Below, piece after piece: positions 27,331 through 37,396 of a stretch of 64,000 nucleotides of DNA. The stretch comes from an uncultured Ruminococcus sp. Lineage in GTDB: Bacteria; Bacillota; Clostridia; Oscillospirales; Ruminococcaceae. Under the pieces are notes generated by a model that saw only the letters and a list, made by a program, of their open reading frames with translations, did not search any database and was not told where the DNA came from. The DNA lies in NCBI GenBank assembly GCA_964458395.1, contig CAYWIP010000002.1:7876-71875 (forward strand), written 5' to 3'. Position numbers and translations under genes: made by a program. Numbering within the stretch: the stretch's first letter is position 1; every line of letters begins with the position of its first letter.

Positions 27331-28131
27331 GTGACTTTTTTGCTGGTAACTTACGACGGCATAGTGATAGGCAGGCGCGAGATCGGCGAGAACAGCTGCT
27401 TTCTCGATATATTGACGGACGAACAGGGAGTAGTCGAGGCTACGGCTCACGGGGCAAAAAAAATCAACAGCAATCTGCTGTCGTCGGCGGCGCTGTTTTC
27501 GTACTCGACATTCTGCCTGAACAAAACGAAACAGCGGTATACCGTTAATTCCGCGAAGCCGAAATTCGGGTTTCACGAGCTTGGGAGCGATATAGAAAAG
27601 CTCGCGCTTGCCTCGTATTTTGCGCAGGCGGTGAAGTACTGCACACCGAGCGAGCAGGTTCAGGCGGAGAATTCGCGCGACAGTCTGGTGCGTTTTTTCG
27701 CGATAGCGCTGTACGAGGTGCTTCACGCGGGGGAGAGCGGGCGGTCGCTGAACGCGGTCAAGAGCGCGTTCGAGCTGCGTTACAGCGCAATGCTCGGCTT
27801 CGCGCCGAACCTTATCGCGTGCGACAACTGCGGACAGTACGAGTGCGAGCGCGGAACGTACTTTCTTCCGCGAAAGGGGATTCTGCTCTGCAAGGACTGC
27901 TTTAACACGGAATACGGCGGCGACAGTATCCTGCTATATCCCGGAACTCTCTACGCTATGCGGTGCGCGGTGTTTTCGCCGTTGGAGCGGTGCTTTAAGT
28001 TCACGATTGACGGCGCGGCGGAAAAGCAGCTTTCGGCGATAACGGAGGACTATTTTCTGTATCGGACGGAGCGGACGTTTACCGCGCTGGAGTACTATAA
28101 GGGCTTGCGGATAACGGGAGGTGCGGTTTAG
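27331..28131 (+). CDS. recO: DNA repair protein RecO
   Basis: N-terminal OB fold (EIGENS..ILTDEQG..AHGAKK), GFAPNL, Zn finger CDNC...CKDC. Confidence 0.9.
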   Translation: MTFLLVTYDGIVIGRREIGENSCFLDILTDEQGVVEATAHGAKKINSNLLSSAALFSYSTFCLNKTKQRYTVNSAKPKFGFHELGSDIEKLALASYFAQAVKYCTPSEQVQAENSRDSLVRFFAIALYEVLHAGESGRSLNAVKSAFELRYSAMLGFAPNLIACDNCGQYECERGTYFLPRKGILLCKDCFNTEYGGDSILLYPGTLYAMRCAVFSPLERCFKFTIDGAAEKQLSAITEDYFLYRTERTFTALEYYKGLRITGGAV

Positions 28132-28853
28132 TGGCAGACAATGTAATAAACTATCTTGCGAAAAAATACTGCGCGCTTTGTTATGAGCCGTTAGACGATG
28201 ATTTTGACGGAACGTGCGGCTCTTGCGGACAGAAAACCACGGCGCTTAACGTGCTTAAACGCTTGAAGTTCGACAGCTCGGTCGATAAGAAGTTGCGGAC
28301 TACTCCTAAGTTTGCCGCTGTTTTATCGACGCTTGCTTTTGAAGAATGTAAACCGCTTAAATATGAACCGGATTATTATCGCGGTATCTGGAACAATGCG
28401 GGGATAAGCAGGGTTATTCAGAATAATCAAAGCCAAATACCGCAAGATCCTCTTCCCGCCGAAAAGGAAGATACGACCATACTTGATATTTTTGGGACGG
28501 GTTTTTCGATAATGTTTATAGTGTTGTCGCTGTGCGGTCTGGCAGCGTGCGTGGCTGTGTTTCTTGAATTTGACGGTTCCGTAAAGGCGCTGTTGTTTTG
28601 TTCGGGCGAGTTTTCAAAACTGTTTGTACTGACGTTTAATTTTTTCAGCGTCGCGCTGATGTTCTTTTCCGTGTTTCAGCTTTCCTTTTTAAACGAGCAG
28701 CTCGGCGGCGGCAGACTGAGGTATTCTCGGCTGTGGAAAATATACAAAGCGAAAAATCCTATCGGCAGCACGGACGAGTGGTGCTGCAAAAACTGCGGCT
28801 ACATAAACAGCAGGCTTGACAGCGAATGTAAGTCATGTGGAAAATACAAATAA
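28131..28853 (+). CDS. Membrane protein with N- and C-terminal zinc ribbons
   Basis: CALC..CGSC at N-terminus, two TMs, WCCKNCGYIN..CKSCG (RanBP2-like) at C-terminus. Confidence 0.75.
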   Translation: MADNVINYLAKKYCALCYEPLDDDFDGTCGSCGQKTTALNVLKRLKFDSSVDKKLRTTPKFAAVLSTLAFEECKPLKYEPDYYRGIWNNAGISRVIQNNQSQIPQDPLPAEKEDTTILDIFGTGFSIMFIVLSLCGLAACVAVFLEFDGSVKALLFCSGEFSKLFVLTFNFFSVALMFFSVFQLSFLNEQLGGGRLRYSRLWKIYKAKNPIGSTDEWCCKNCGYINSRLDSECKSCGKYK

Positions 28854-28868
28854 TTTGAGGTAAAAAAT

Positions 28869-31244
28869 ATGAATAAATATTATAAAAAACTTGAACTGGA
28901 CAAAATACTGGAGCTTCTCGCGGAGCAGACGGTAAGCGACGGCTGCCGCGAGAGCGCGCTGAAATTAAAGCCCGTCACGGACTTTGCGGCGATCACGGAG
29001 GAACTGAAAAAAACGGACGACGCGTTCACGCTGTCCGCGAAATTCGGTACCCCCGCTTTCCGTAAAATAAAGGATATTTCGGGCTCGCTCAAACGCGCGG
29101 AAACGGGAAGTATGCTCTCGTTCCGCGAGCTGCTGGACGTCGCCGCCGTGCTTCGCGAGACTGCGGCGCTGTGCGATTGGTTCTCGCAGTGCGAGAATAT
29201 GGAGAGCTCGATCGCGGAGTATTTCAGAGGGCTCGTTCCCGTAAGGGCTCTGGAGCGGCGCATTTCGGAGAGCATTCTCTCCGAGGAGGAGATGTCTGAC
29301 GCTGCCGGCGCGGAGCTTGCTTCGATACGCAAGCGCATAACCCGACAGGGCTTGAATATCCGCGAGCAGCTTGACGGCATGATAAAAAACAAGAACACGC
29401 GCTCCTATTTGCAGGACGCGGTTGTTACAATGCGCGACGGGCGGTACGTCGTGCCGGTGCGCAGCGAGCATAAGAACGACGTTCCCGGTCTGGTTCACGA
29501 TACCTCGGCGACGGGTCAGACGTTCTTTATCGAGCCGATGAGCGTAGTCGAGGCGAACAACGAGATACGCGTCCTGAAAGCGCGCGAGCAGGCGGAGATA
29601 GAGCGGATAACGCGCGAGATGTCCGCGGAGGTCGGCGAAAATTCGGCGGCTATCGCGGAGAATTACCGGCTGTCGCAGATACTGGAGCTGTACTTCGCAA
29701 AGGCGAATCTCGGCGCGAGAATGAAAGCGGTAACTCCGAAAATCGTGGAGCAGTCCAAGGTAATTCTGAACAACGCGCGTCACCCCTTGCTCGACCGCGA
29801 CCTCGCCGTGCCGATAAGCGTGGAGATCGGCGATAAGTACGACTGCCTTATCATCACGGGACCGAACACGGGCGGCAAGACCGTCGCGATAAAGACGGTG
29901 GGCTTGCTGACTTTAATGGCGCAGTGCGGACTGATGATACCCACGGGCGACGGTTCGGTGATAGGCTGCTTTGACCGTATCTACGTCGACATCGGCGACG
30001 AGCAGAGCATCGAGCAGAGCCTGTCGACGTTCTCGTCGCATATGACGAACGTCATCAGGATAATCGACGCGGCGGACGAAAATTCGCTCGTGTTGATAGA
30101 CGAGCTTGGCAGCGGCACCGACCCCGTGGAGGGCGCGGCGCTCGCCGTTTCGATACTCACGCAGCTTAAAAGCTACCGCGCTAAGGTTCTCGCAACTACA
30201 CATTATCAGGAGGTCAAGATGTTCGCGTTGGAAACGGACGGCGTGGAGAACGCTTCCTGCGAGTTCGACGTGGAAACGTTAAAGCCCACATATCGGCTTA
30301 TCGTCGGCGTTCCGGGAAAGTCCAACGCGTTCGCGATAACGAAAAAGCTCGGAATGAGCGATTATGTAATTTCCCGCGCCGAGGAGCTTGTCAGCACCGA
30401 GAACCGCCGCTTCGAGAAGATCATCGACCAACTCGAGCAGTCGCGCAAGGAGCTTGAACAGCTGCGGGAGAGCATGGCGGTCTCCGAGCGCAACGCGAAG
30501 CTCACCGAAAGTGAACTGAAGCAGAAGCTTTCCGAGCTTGAAGCGCAAAAGGAAAAGGAGCTTGAAAACGCGCGTCAGCGCGCGATGTCGATAATCGAGC
30601 AGACCAGAACGCAGTCGAATATGCTGCTCAACGAGCTTGAAGAGCTGAAAAAGGTCAAGGACAGGGAAGAACTCCGCAAGGGGATTTCCGACGCGAAATC
30701 AAAAGTCGGAAACCGCCTGAACAAATTGCAGGACGAGGCGAATCCCGTTATTGAGAAGAAGTTCGAAAATTACGTGCCGCCGCGTCCGTTCAGGCAGGGC
30801 GACACGGTCAAGCTCGCCGATACGGGGCGCGAGGGCAGTCTGCTTACTGTGCCGAACGTTAAGGGAGAGTGCTTTGTGCAGGTAGGCTCGATGAGGGTAA
30901 AGACCAATGCGAAAAATCTGCGGCTCGTCGAGAAAAAGCCAAAGGAGCAGCCGAAGCAGGGCGGAAAGGTCAGAAAGTCGGTCACCTCAAATATGAACCG
31001 CCGCGGCGGAATGGAGCTGGATATCCGCGGCTATATGGGCGACGACGGCGTTATGGAGGTCGAGCGCTTTATCGACGGCGCGATAATGTCGGGGCTTTCG
31101 CAGGTCGTGATAATCCACGGCAAGGGAACGGGAGCGCTGCGTGAGGCGGTACATTCCGCGCTGCGCAGAATGCCCGTAAAGAGTTTTCGGCTCGGCGCTT
31201 ACGGCGAGGGCGAAGCCGGCGTTACCATCGTCGATCTTAAGTGA
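28869..31244 (+). CDS. mutS2: Endonuclease MutS2
   Basis: ITGPNTGGKT, SLSTFSSHM, DELGSGTDP, Smr domain IIHGKGTG. Confidence 0.96.
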   Translation: MNKYYKKLELDKILELLAEQTVSDGCRESALKLKPVTDFAAITEELKKTDDAFTLSAKFGTPAFRKIKDISGSLKRAETGSMLSFRELLDVAAVLRETAALCDWFSQCENMESSIAEYFRGLVPVRALERRISESILSEEEMSDAAGAELASIRKRITRQGLNIREQLDGMIKNKNTRSYLQDAVVTMRDGRYVVPVRSEHKNDVPGLVHDTSATGQTFFIEPMSVVEANNEIRVLKAREQAEIERITREMSAEVGENSAAIAENYRLSQILELYFAKANLGARMKAVTPKIVEQSKVILNNARHPLLDRDLAVPISVEIGDKYDCLIITGPNTGGKTVAIKTVGLLTLMAQCGLMIPTGDGSVIGCFDRIYVDIGDEQSIEQSLSTFSSHMTNVIRIIDAADENSLVLIDELGSGTDPVEGAALAVSILTQLKSYRAKVLATTHYQEVKMFALETDGVENASCEFDVETLKPTYRLIVGVPGKSNAFAITKKLGMSDYVISRAEELVSTENRRFEKIIDQLEQSRKELEQLRESMAVSERNAKLTESELKQKLSELEAQKEKELENARQRAMSIIEQTRTQSNMLLNELEELKKVKDREELRKGISDAKSKVGNRLNKLQDEANPVIEKKFENYVPPRPFRQGDTVKLADTGREGSLLTVPNVKGECFVQVGSMRVKTNAKNLRLVEKKPKEQPKQGGKVRKSVTSNMNRRGGMELDIRGYMGDDGVMEVERFIDGAIMSGLSQVVIIHGKGTGALREAVHSALRRMPVKSFRLGAYGEGEAGVTIVDLK

Positions 31245-31317
31245 CCCGGAGCGCGTTAAAACCGCTCTAATAAAAATTTGCGTAGTTTAAAAAATTACGC
31301 AAATTTTTTTGAAAAAA

Positions 31318-31348
31318 GTGTAAGGCTTTGCGTTGTAAAATCGTCTTT
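31318..31348 (+). promoter_or_regulatory. Probable autoregulatory ECF promoter
   Basis: TGTAAG...CGTCTT upstream of the second ECF gene. Confidence 0.5.
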
Positions 31349-31379
31349 AATTGTAGAGAATAAAAAGCGGGGTGAGCGA

Positions 31380-31940
31380 ATGGAGGACAGCGAGATAATC
31401 GCTCTGTACTGGGAGCGCGACGAAAGGGCGGTCGGAGAGACCGCGCACAAATACGGCGGCTACTGCACCGCGATAGCCGCGAACATTCTGCGCGACCGTC
31501 TTGACGTGGAGGAGTGCGTCAACGACGCGTATTTCAGGCTTCGGAGCAGTATCCCGCCGAGCCGTCCGAAGAGCTTGTGCGCGTTTCTCGGGAGAATTAC
31601 GCGCAACACCGCACTGGACAGATACAAGCTTCTCCATGCCGAAAAGCGCGGCGGCGGCGAAGCGGAGCTGCTGCTCGACGAGATAGGCGACATAGTCTCC
31701 GATTCGTGCTCGGTCGAGCAGGAGGCGGAGCACAGGGAGCTTGTCGAGGCGATAAACGCGTTTCTTGCGAAGAATTCCGAGAAAAAGCGGAAAATATTTA
31801 CGGCGCGGTATTTTCTCTGCAAGAGCGTTCCCGAGATCGCCGCGTGCTACGGGATAAGCGAGGGCAGCGTTTTTGTAACGCTCAACCGTATGCGCAAAAA
31901 GCTGCGGGAATATCTGGAGAAAAGGGGGGTTGAAATATGA
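31380..31940 (+). CDS. ECF sigma-70 factor
   Basis: MEDSEIIALYWERDERA, DVEECVND, LGRITRN, IAACYGISEGSV. Confidence 0.9.
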   Translation: MEDSEIIALYWERDERAVGETAHKYGGYCTAIAANILRDRLDVEECVNDAYFRLRSSIPPSRPKSLCAFLGRITRNTALDRYKLLHAEKRGGGEAELLLDEIGDIVSDSCSVEQEAEHRELVEAINAFLAKNSEKKRKIFTARYFLCKSVPEIAACYGISEGSVFVTLNRMRKKLREYLEKRGVEI

Positions 31941-33327
31941 CGAGGGAGGACTTTTTCCGCGCGTTCGGCGAGATAAACGAACGTTATGTTGAGGAAACGG
32001 TAAAGGATTTTGAGAACGATATCTTTTACGAGGAGGGGATAGGTATGTCGGTATGGAGAAAGGTTTGTCTCGCGGCGGCGTGCTTCGCGCTGGTTGCGGT
32101 CGGAACGCTTGTCATATATATCAGGAGCAGGTCGGAGGGCGTTCCCACTCCGCCGCTTTCGGGGAATCATCCCGCTGACAGCATTTCCGAGGTAACGGAC
32201 TCCTCCGACGACTCCTATGTGTTTGGGGTCTATCGCTGGTTTAAGTGGCTTGAAAACTTTGATTATAACGATTTTTATGTCGAGCCCAGCGCGGACATAA
32301 AGCCCTTCAGCGGCTTTGAAAAGGACGATTCGCCAATATGCACGCTTAACAATAAGAACAACAATCCAAACGTATTCTGTTATGGCGGCGGCAAGATCTA
32401 CTTTTATCTGAGCGGATACGTTTACGAATACGACCCCTCGGAAAACAAGGCGGTAAAGCTGTTCGAGGGAGTAGCCTACGATCTCAATTACAGGGACGGT
32501 ATTATCTCGACAGATGTCATCCGTACATAAAAAGCGCCGCCACAACGTCGGACGGCGAGATTTGGATGCTGCCGATAGAGATCTACGTGCCGCTTCTTGT
32601 ATACAACGCGGAGAACTGCGCGGCTGCCTCGGTCGAGTTCCCGACGGATTGGGAGGGATTTATCGGCGTTGTAAAGAGCGCGGGCGAACGCTCGGAGTAT
32701 TGCGGCTGTTTGCGGTTCAGGCTGGTGCAAAGCTTTTTCTCGCAGTATCTTTCGGGGCATACGAGCTTCGATACTCCCGGATTCCGCACGGTTGCGGAGC
32801 TGATAAAACGCGACTGTTCGGGCGGCGTATTCGACGACGATCTCAGTCTTCAGCAGGCGCTTCTCGAACACCAATGGGGAACGGCGGACAAAGAGCATCA
32901 AAAAATTTACGATAACTTTCTGTTTACGCTGGTGCTTTACCGGCGCACCCAGACGCATTTTGTCGGGAACGACGACCTCAGAGCCGCGCCGCTTCCCGTA
33001 ATGGACGGCGCAAAGGGGAACGCGATATGCGTGTTTCTGTGCGTGAATCCGTTCTCAGAGCGGCTTGACGAAACTCTTGAGTTTATTTCGCAGCTTTCAA
33101 AACGTTTAAGCGAAAACACGGACGGCTTTATGCTCGCCGATAAATCGCTTTACAACGGCGAATACGCGCAGAGCCTGTACGCGGCGTATTCAAGCTCGGC
33201 GATAACTTTCGACGTTCCCTCCGAGATCTACCGCGGCGGTTTCGAGCGCTATTGCGGCGGAGAGATCACGCTTGACGAGTTTATCGCAGAAGCGGACAGA
33301 AAGCTCGCGGCGTATCTCAACGAATAA
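31937..33327 (+). pseudogene. Anti-sigma/extracytoplasmic protein gene broken by an internal deletion with frameshift (ORFs 31937-32530 and about 32500-33327)
   Basis: MTREDFFRAFGEINERYVEE + TM + propeller-like strands stop shortly after DLNYRDG; another frame continues YLDRCHPYIKSAATTSDGEIWMLP...ITLDEFIAEADRKL with no clear RBS. Confidence 0.6.
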
Positions 33328-33357
33328 AAAATCGGCGGGTATGACCGCCGTTTTTTA
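33326..33357. terminator. Bidirectional terminator
   Basis: aaaaa-t-cggcgg-gtatga-ccgccg-tttttt. Confidence 0.75.
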
Positions 33358-34230
33358 TTTTGCTTTTCGGTTATTGTACCTAAACATCGCGAACGCCGCG
33401 CCGATAATTATAACATATCCGATAATGCTCCACATATCGGGTATCTGGCTCATCACGAAAAAGCCGAGCAGCCCCGCGAAAATTATCTGCGAGTAGTCGT
33501 AAATGGACACCTCGCGCGCGGGGGCATAGGTATACGCGGCGGTTATCGCGAACTGCCCTCCCGCCGCGGCAGCGCCCGCTCCGAGCAGACAAAGGAACTG
33601 CCCCAAGGTCATGGGCGAATACCCGAAAAGCAGCGCGGGCAGCGTACAAACCGTCGAGAACGCACTGAAAAAGAAAACTATGTAATACCCCTTAGTGCCG
33701 CTGCCCGTGAGCTTTCTCACGAACGTGTACGCAAGCCCCGCGCACGCTCCGCCGAGAAATCCCGCGCAGGACGGCAGCAGATCGGCGTTCCGAAAGCTCG
33801 GCTTCAGCACGAACATAGCCCCGAAAAACGCGGTTAAAATGCAGATGATCTGCACCTTATCCGGGCGCTCCTTAAGCAGAATTGCCGAGAAGATTATCGC
33901 GAAAAACGGCGACATTTTGTTGAGCAGCGAGGCGTCCGCGACTGCCAGCCGTGAGAGCGCGTAAAAGTTCCCGAACATTCCCGCAAGCCCGAACGCCGAG
34001 CGCAGGAAAATCCCCGCGCGTTCGCCCTTTTTCGGGATTATGTAGTGACGGTTTTTTATCATGGTAACGCTCGCGATAAGCATTGCGAAAAGGTTTCGGA
34101 AGAACGTTTTCTGCACCACGGGAACGTCGCCCGAAAGCGACACGAACATATTCATCACAGCAAAGCAGAGCGCTGAGAGCATTATCAGCAGAATGGCTTT
34201 GCCGCGCCGTTTATTGTCCGTGTTTTCCAT
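33355..34230 (-). CDS. DMT/EamA family transporter
   Basis: Two EamA repeats; FFRNL, SPFF, LLKE, YDYSQIIF. Confidence 0.92.
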   Translation of the reverse strand: MENTDNKRRGKAILLIMLSALCFAVMNMFVSLSGDVPVVQKTFFRNLFAMLIASVTMIKNRHYIIPKKGERAGIFLRSAFGLAGMFGNFYALSRLAVADASLLNKMSPFFAIIFSAILLKERPDKVQIICILTAFFGAMFVLKPSFRNADLLPSCAGFLGGACAGLAYTFVRKLTGSGTKGYYIVFFFSAFSTVCTLPALLFGYSPMTLGQFLCLLGAGAAAAGGQFAITAAYTYAPAREVSIYDYSQIIFAGLLGFFVMSQIPDMWSIIGYVIIIGAAFAMFRYNNRKAK

Positions 34231-35056
34231 TTTGCTTCTCCAATTGTCCGATAAGGTATGGTATCGTCTGCTCGAAATTTACGCCGTAGAAAGGGCGGTC
34301 GGGGTCGAGCGATGTGAGCCGCGCGGCTTCTCCGGATATCTTCACGGCGAGGTCAAGAGCCTCCGCGAAGCCTTGACCATTCACCATTGCGCCGAGCATT
34401 ACCGACGAAAAAAGGTCGCCCGTGCCGCTGCACGAAACGTCGTACATAATATTTCTCCGCTCGTGGAATTCCTTACCGTCAAAGCCCGTACACACCATTT
34501 CATTGCCGAGCTGAACGCCTGTTATGACCGCGTTTTTCGCGCCAAGACCGACAAGGCGCTTCAGCATTTCGCGGATAATTTCGCGGTCGGCATGAGCGTT
34601 GTATTCCTCGCCGAGCAGCATGAACGCTTCGGTGAGATTGGGCGTGATAACGTCCGCGTGAGCGCACAGACCCCGCATTTTCTCTGCGTATTCCTCGGTG
34701 ATCTGCGAGTATAGTCTGCCGTAATCTCCCATTACGGGGTCGATGAAGATCAGCGTATCGGCGCGGCGGAATTCTCGGATAAAATCCTCGATCAGAGCCA
34801 TCTGCCCGATAGACGCTATGTATCCCGTCGAGATCGCGTCAAACGTTATTTTATGCGTGTTAAGCTGCTCGGATATTCTCGGGATATCGCCGGTCAGGTC
34901 GTGCGAATAAAAGCTCGGGAAGCCCGTGTGATTTGAGAGCACGGCAGTCGGTATTCCGCAGCACTCTATCCCCATTGCGGAAATTATCGGCAGCGCCACG
35001 GTAAGGCTGCACTTTCCCACGCAGGAGAAGTCCTGAATCGTCGCTATTCTTTTCAT
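34211..35056 (-). CDS. pdxK: Pyridoxal/pyridoxamine kinase
   Basis: QDFSCVGKCSL, LSNHTG, DPVMGD, TPNLTE, GTGDLF. Confidence 0.88.
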   Translation of the reverse strand: MKRIATIQDFSCVGKCSLTVALPIISAMGIECCGIPTAVLSNHTGFPSFYSHDLTGDIPRISEQLNTHKITFDAISTGYIASIGQMALIEDFIREFRRADTLIFIDPVMGDYGRLYSQITEEYAEKMRGLCAHADVITPNLTEAFMLLGEEYNAHADREIIREMLKRLVGLGAKNAVITGVQLGNEMVCTGFDGKEFHERRNIMYDVSCSGTGDLFSSVMLGAMVNGQGFAEALDLAVKISGEAARLTSLDPDRPFYGVNFEQTIPYLIGQLEKQNGKHGQ

Positions 35057-35073
35057 TTGTCGCCTTTCTTTTT

Positions 35074-36255
35074 CTAATCTCTGTAAAATATATCGCGCGT
35101 GTATACTTTTTCCTTAACGTCGGAAAGCTCCGCGCTCATTCTGTTCGCTAAAATAATATCGCAGTCTGCCTTAAACTCCGCAAGCTCGTTAAGCACCTTG
35201 CAGCCTTGGAATTCATTTTCCGATAATGTCGGCTCGTAAATACGCACCTCAATGCCGCGCTCCTTAAGAAGCTCGATTATCCCGAGCACCGAGCTTTGGC
35301 GGAAGTTGTCCGAGCCGCTTTTCATTGCCAATCGGTACACCCCGATGACGTTCGGCTTTAGCGCCGCAATTCGTTCGGCTATGTACTTCTTTCGGGTATT
35401 GTTTGCGGCGACAACGGCGGTTATTATGTCGTTGGGAACGTCCGCAAAATTGGCGAGAAGCTGCCGCGAATCCTTTGGCAGACAGTAGCCGCCGTACCCG
35501 AAGGACGGGTTGTTGTAATGCTCGCCTATACGCGGGTCAAGACACACTCCCCGAATGAGCGCGGCGGAGTTCAGCCCTTTAAGCTCTGCGTACGTGTCAA
35601 GCTCGTTGAAGAACGCCACGCGCATTGCGAGGTAGGTGTTCGAGAACAGCTTGACCGCCTCGGCTTCGTCGGGACTTGTGATAAGCACGGGAACATCCTT
35701 TTTCTCCGAGCAGTCGGCAAGCATAGCCGCGAATCGTTCCGCCGCCTTTCGCGAAAACGCGTCGTCCGGCGCTCCCACGATTATCCGCGACGGGTAAAGG
35801 TTATCGTACAGCGCTTTTCCCTCGCGCAGAAACTCGGGCGAGAAAATTATCCGTTCACACCCGAACCTCCGGCGCGCCGCCATGGTATATCCCACGGGAA
35901 CGGTAGATTTTATAACGATAACTGCCGAATCATTCATGCCGAGAATTTCTCCGATTACCGAATCGACAACGCACGTGTCAAATGAATTCGTCCTGTCGTC
36001 ATAGTCGGTCGGCACGGCGACTATTATCAGCTCCGCGTTCTTATAGGCGGCTTCGGGGTCGGCGGTCGCGATAAGATCAAGGTTTTCCTCCGCGAGAAAA
36101 TGCTCGATATACTCGTCTGCAACGGGTGATTTTCCTCCGCGTATCAGCTCGAGCTTTTCGGGCAGCTTGTCCAGCGCCGCAACGTGATTTTTCCGCGCGA
36201 GCAGCACAGCGTTCGCCAGTCCGACATATCCCATTCCCACAACGGTAACGTTCAT
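35074..36255 (-). CDS. ugd: UDP-glucose 6-dehydrogenase
   Basis: GMGYVG, IKSTVP, SPEFLREG, PSFGYGGYCLPKD, KVYTRD. Confidence 0.94.
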   Translation of the reverse strand: MNVTVVGMGYVGLANAVLLARKNHVAALDKLPEKLELIRGGKSPVADEYIEHFLAEENLDLIATADPEAAYKNAELIIVAVPTDYDDRTNSFDTCVVDSVIGEILGMNDSAVIVIKSTVPVGYTMAARRRFGCERIIFSPEFLREGKALYDNLYPSRIIVGAPDDAFSRKAAERFAAMLADCSEKKDVPVLITSPDEAEAVKLFSNTYLAMRVAFFNELDTYAELKGLNSAALIRGVCLDPRIGEHYNNPSFGYGGYCLPKDSRQLLANFADVPNDIITAVVAANNTRKKYIAERIAALKPNVIGVYRLAMKSGSDNFRQSSVLGIIELLKERGIEVRIYEPTLSENEFQGCKVLNELAEFKADCDIILANRMSAELSDVKEKVYTRDIFYRD

Positions 36256-36286
36256 TCCCTCACCTCGTTCTTAATGCGCTATTACA

Positions 36287-36315
36287 ATTATAAGTCCAAA
36301 ACCGCCGTTTGTCAA
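36287..36315 (-). promoter_or_regulatory. SigA promoter of ugd-pdxK-DMT
   Basis: TTGACA-17-TATAAT on minus strand. Confidence 0.8.
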
Positions 36316-36377
36316 GCATAAAGACGATTTTTCGGCGCAAAATATCACGGAAAATATTTTTTTGAGGTGATGATTTA

Positions 36378-37361
36378 ATGGAAAAGATAGCATTTTTTGA
36401 CGCCAAGCCATACGATAAGGAATGGTTCGACAAGATAAACAAGGACTACGAAATACGCTACTTCGAGGGCAGACTGCGACCCGAGAGCGCCGGGCTTGCG
36501 GAGGGATGCCGCGCTGTCTGCGCGTTCGTGAACGACGTTATAAGCGCCAAAACCATAGAGCGCCTTGTCGAGCTTAAGGTCGAGGTTATCTTAATGCGCT
36601 GCGCGGGCTATAACAATATCGCCCTGAACGCCGTCAAGGACAAGCTGAAAATACTCCGTGTGCCTGCGTATTCGCCATACGCCGTCGCCGAGCATACAAT
36701 GGGAATGATCCTTGCGCTCAACCGAAAAATACCGCGCGCCTATATACGAACGCGCGACTTCAATTTCAGTCTTGTGGGGCTTACGGGCTTCGACCTGCAC
36801 GGAAAGACCGCCGGAGTTATCGGTACGGGCAGAATAGGCAGAGTGTTTATCGACATCTGCAAGGGCTTCGGTATGGAGGTCATCGCCTACGACCCTCACC
36901 CGTCCGAGAATCCGGGCATTGAGTATGTCGAAAAGGATGAGCTTTTCAAACGCTCCGATATTATCTCGCTGCATTGCCCGCTTACGCGTGAAACGCGGTA
37001 TATTATCGACGAAAGCGCTATCGCGTTAATGAAGAAAAGCGTGCTTATTGTAAATACCTCTCGCGGGCAGCTTATCGATTCCGAAGCGCTGCTCTCCGCG
37101 CTGAACGAGAAGCGTATCGGCGGCGCGGCGCTGGACGTTTACGAGGAGGAAAGCGGGCTGTTTTTCGAGGACAATTCGGACAAGATCGTCACCGACGAGG
37201 TGATCTCGCTGCTCGTTTCCCGTCCGAATGTGCTTGTAACCTCCCACCAGGCGTTTCTGACCGAGGAAGCGCTGCGGAATATCGCCGAGGTCACGCTGCA
37301 GAACTTTGACGATTACTTGCAGGGAAAGCCGCTTGCCAACGAGGTCAAGCCAAAAGGCTAA
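36378..37361 (+). CDS. ldhA: D-lactate / D-2-hydroxyacid dehydrogenase
   Basis: RCAGYNN, VPAYSPYAVAE, GTGRIG, NTSRG, LDVYEEE, TSHQAF. Confidence 0.85.
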   Translation: MEKIAFFDAKPYDKEWFDKINKDYEIRYFEGRLRPESAGLAEGCRAVCAFVNDVISAKTIERLVELKVEVILMRCAGYNNIALNAVKDKLKILRVPAYSPYAVAEHTMGMILALNRKIPRAYIRTRDFNFSLVGLTGFDLHGKTAGVIGTGRIGRVFIDICKGFGMEVIAYDPHPSENPGIEYVEKDELFKRSDIISLHCPLTRETRYIIDESAIALMKKSVLIVNTSRGQLIDSEALLSALNEKRIGGAALDVYEEESGLFFEDNSDKIVTDEVISLLVSRPNVLVTSHQAFLTEEALRNIAEVTLQNFDDYLQGKPLANEVKPKG

Positions 37362-37365
37362 CCGA

Positions 37366-37391
37366 AAACCGCCCCTATAGGGGGCGGTTTT
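37366..37391. terminator. Bidirectional terminator
   Basis: aaaaccgcccc-tata-ggggcggtttt type hairpin between convergent genes. Confidence 0.8.
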
Positions 37392-37396
37392 GTGCT

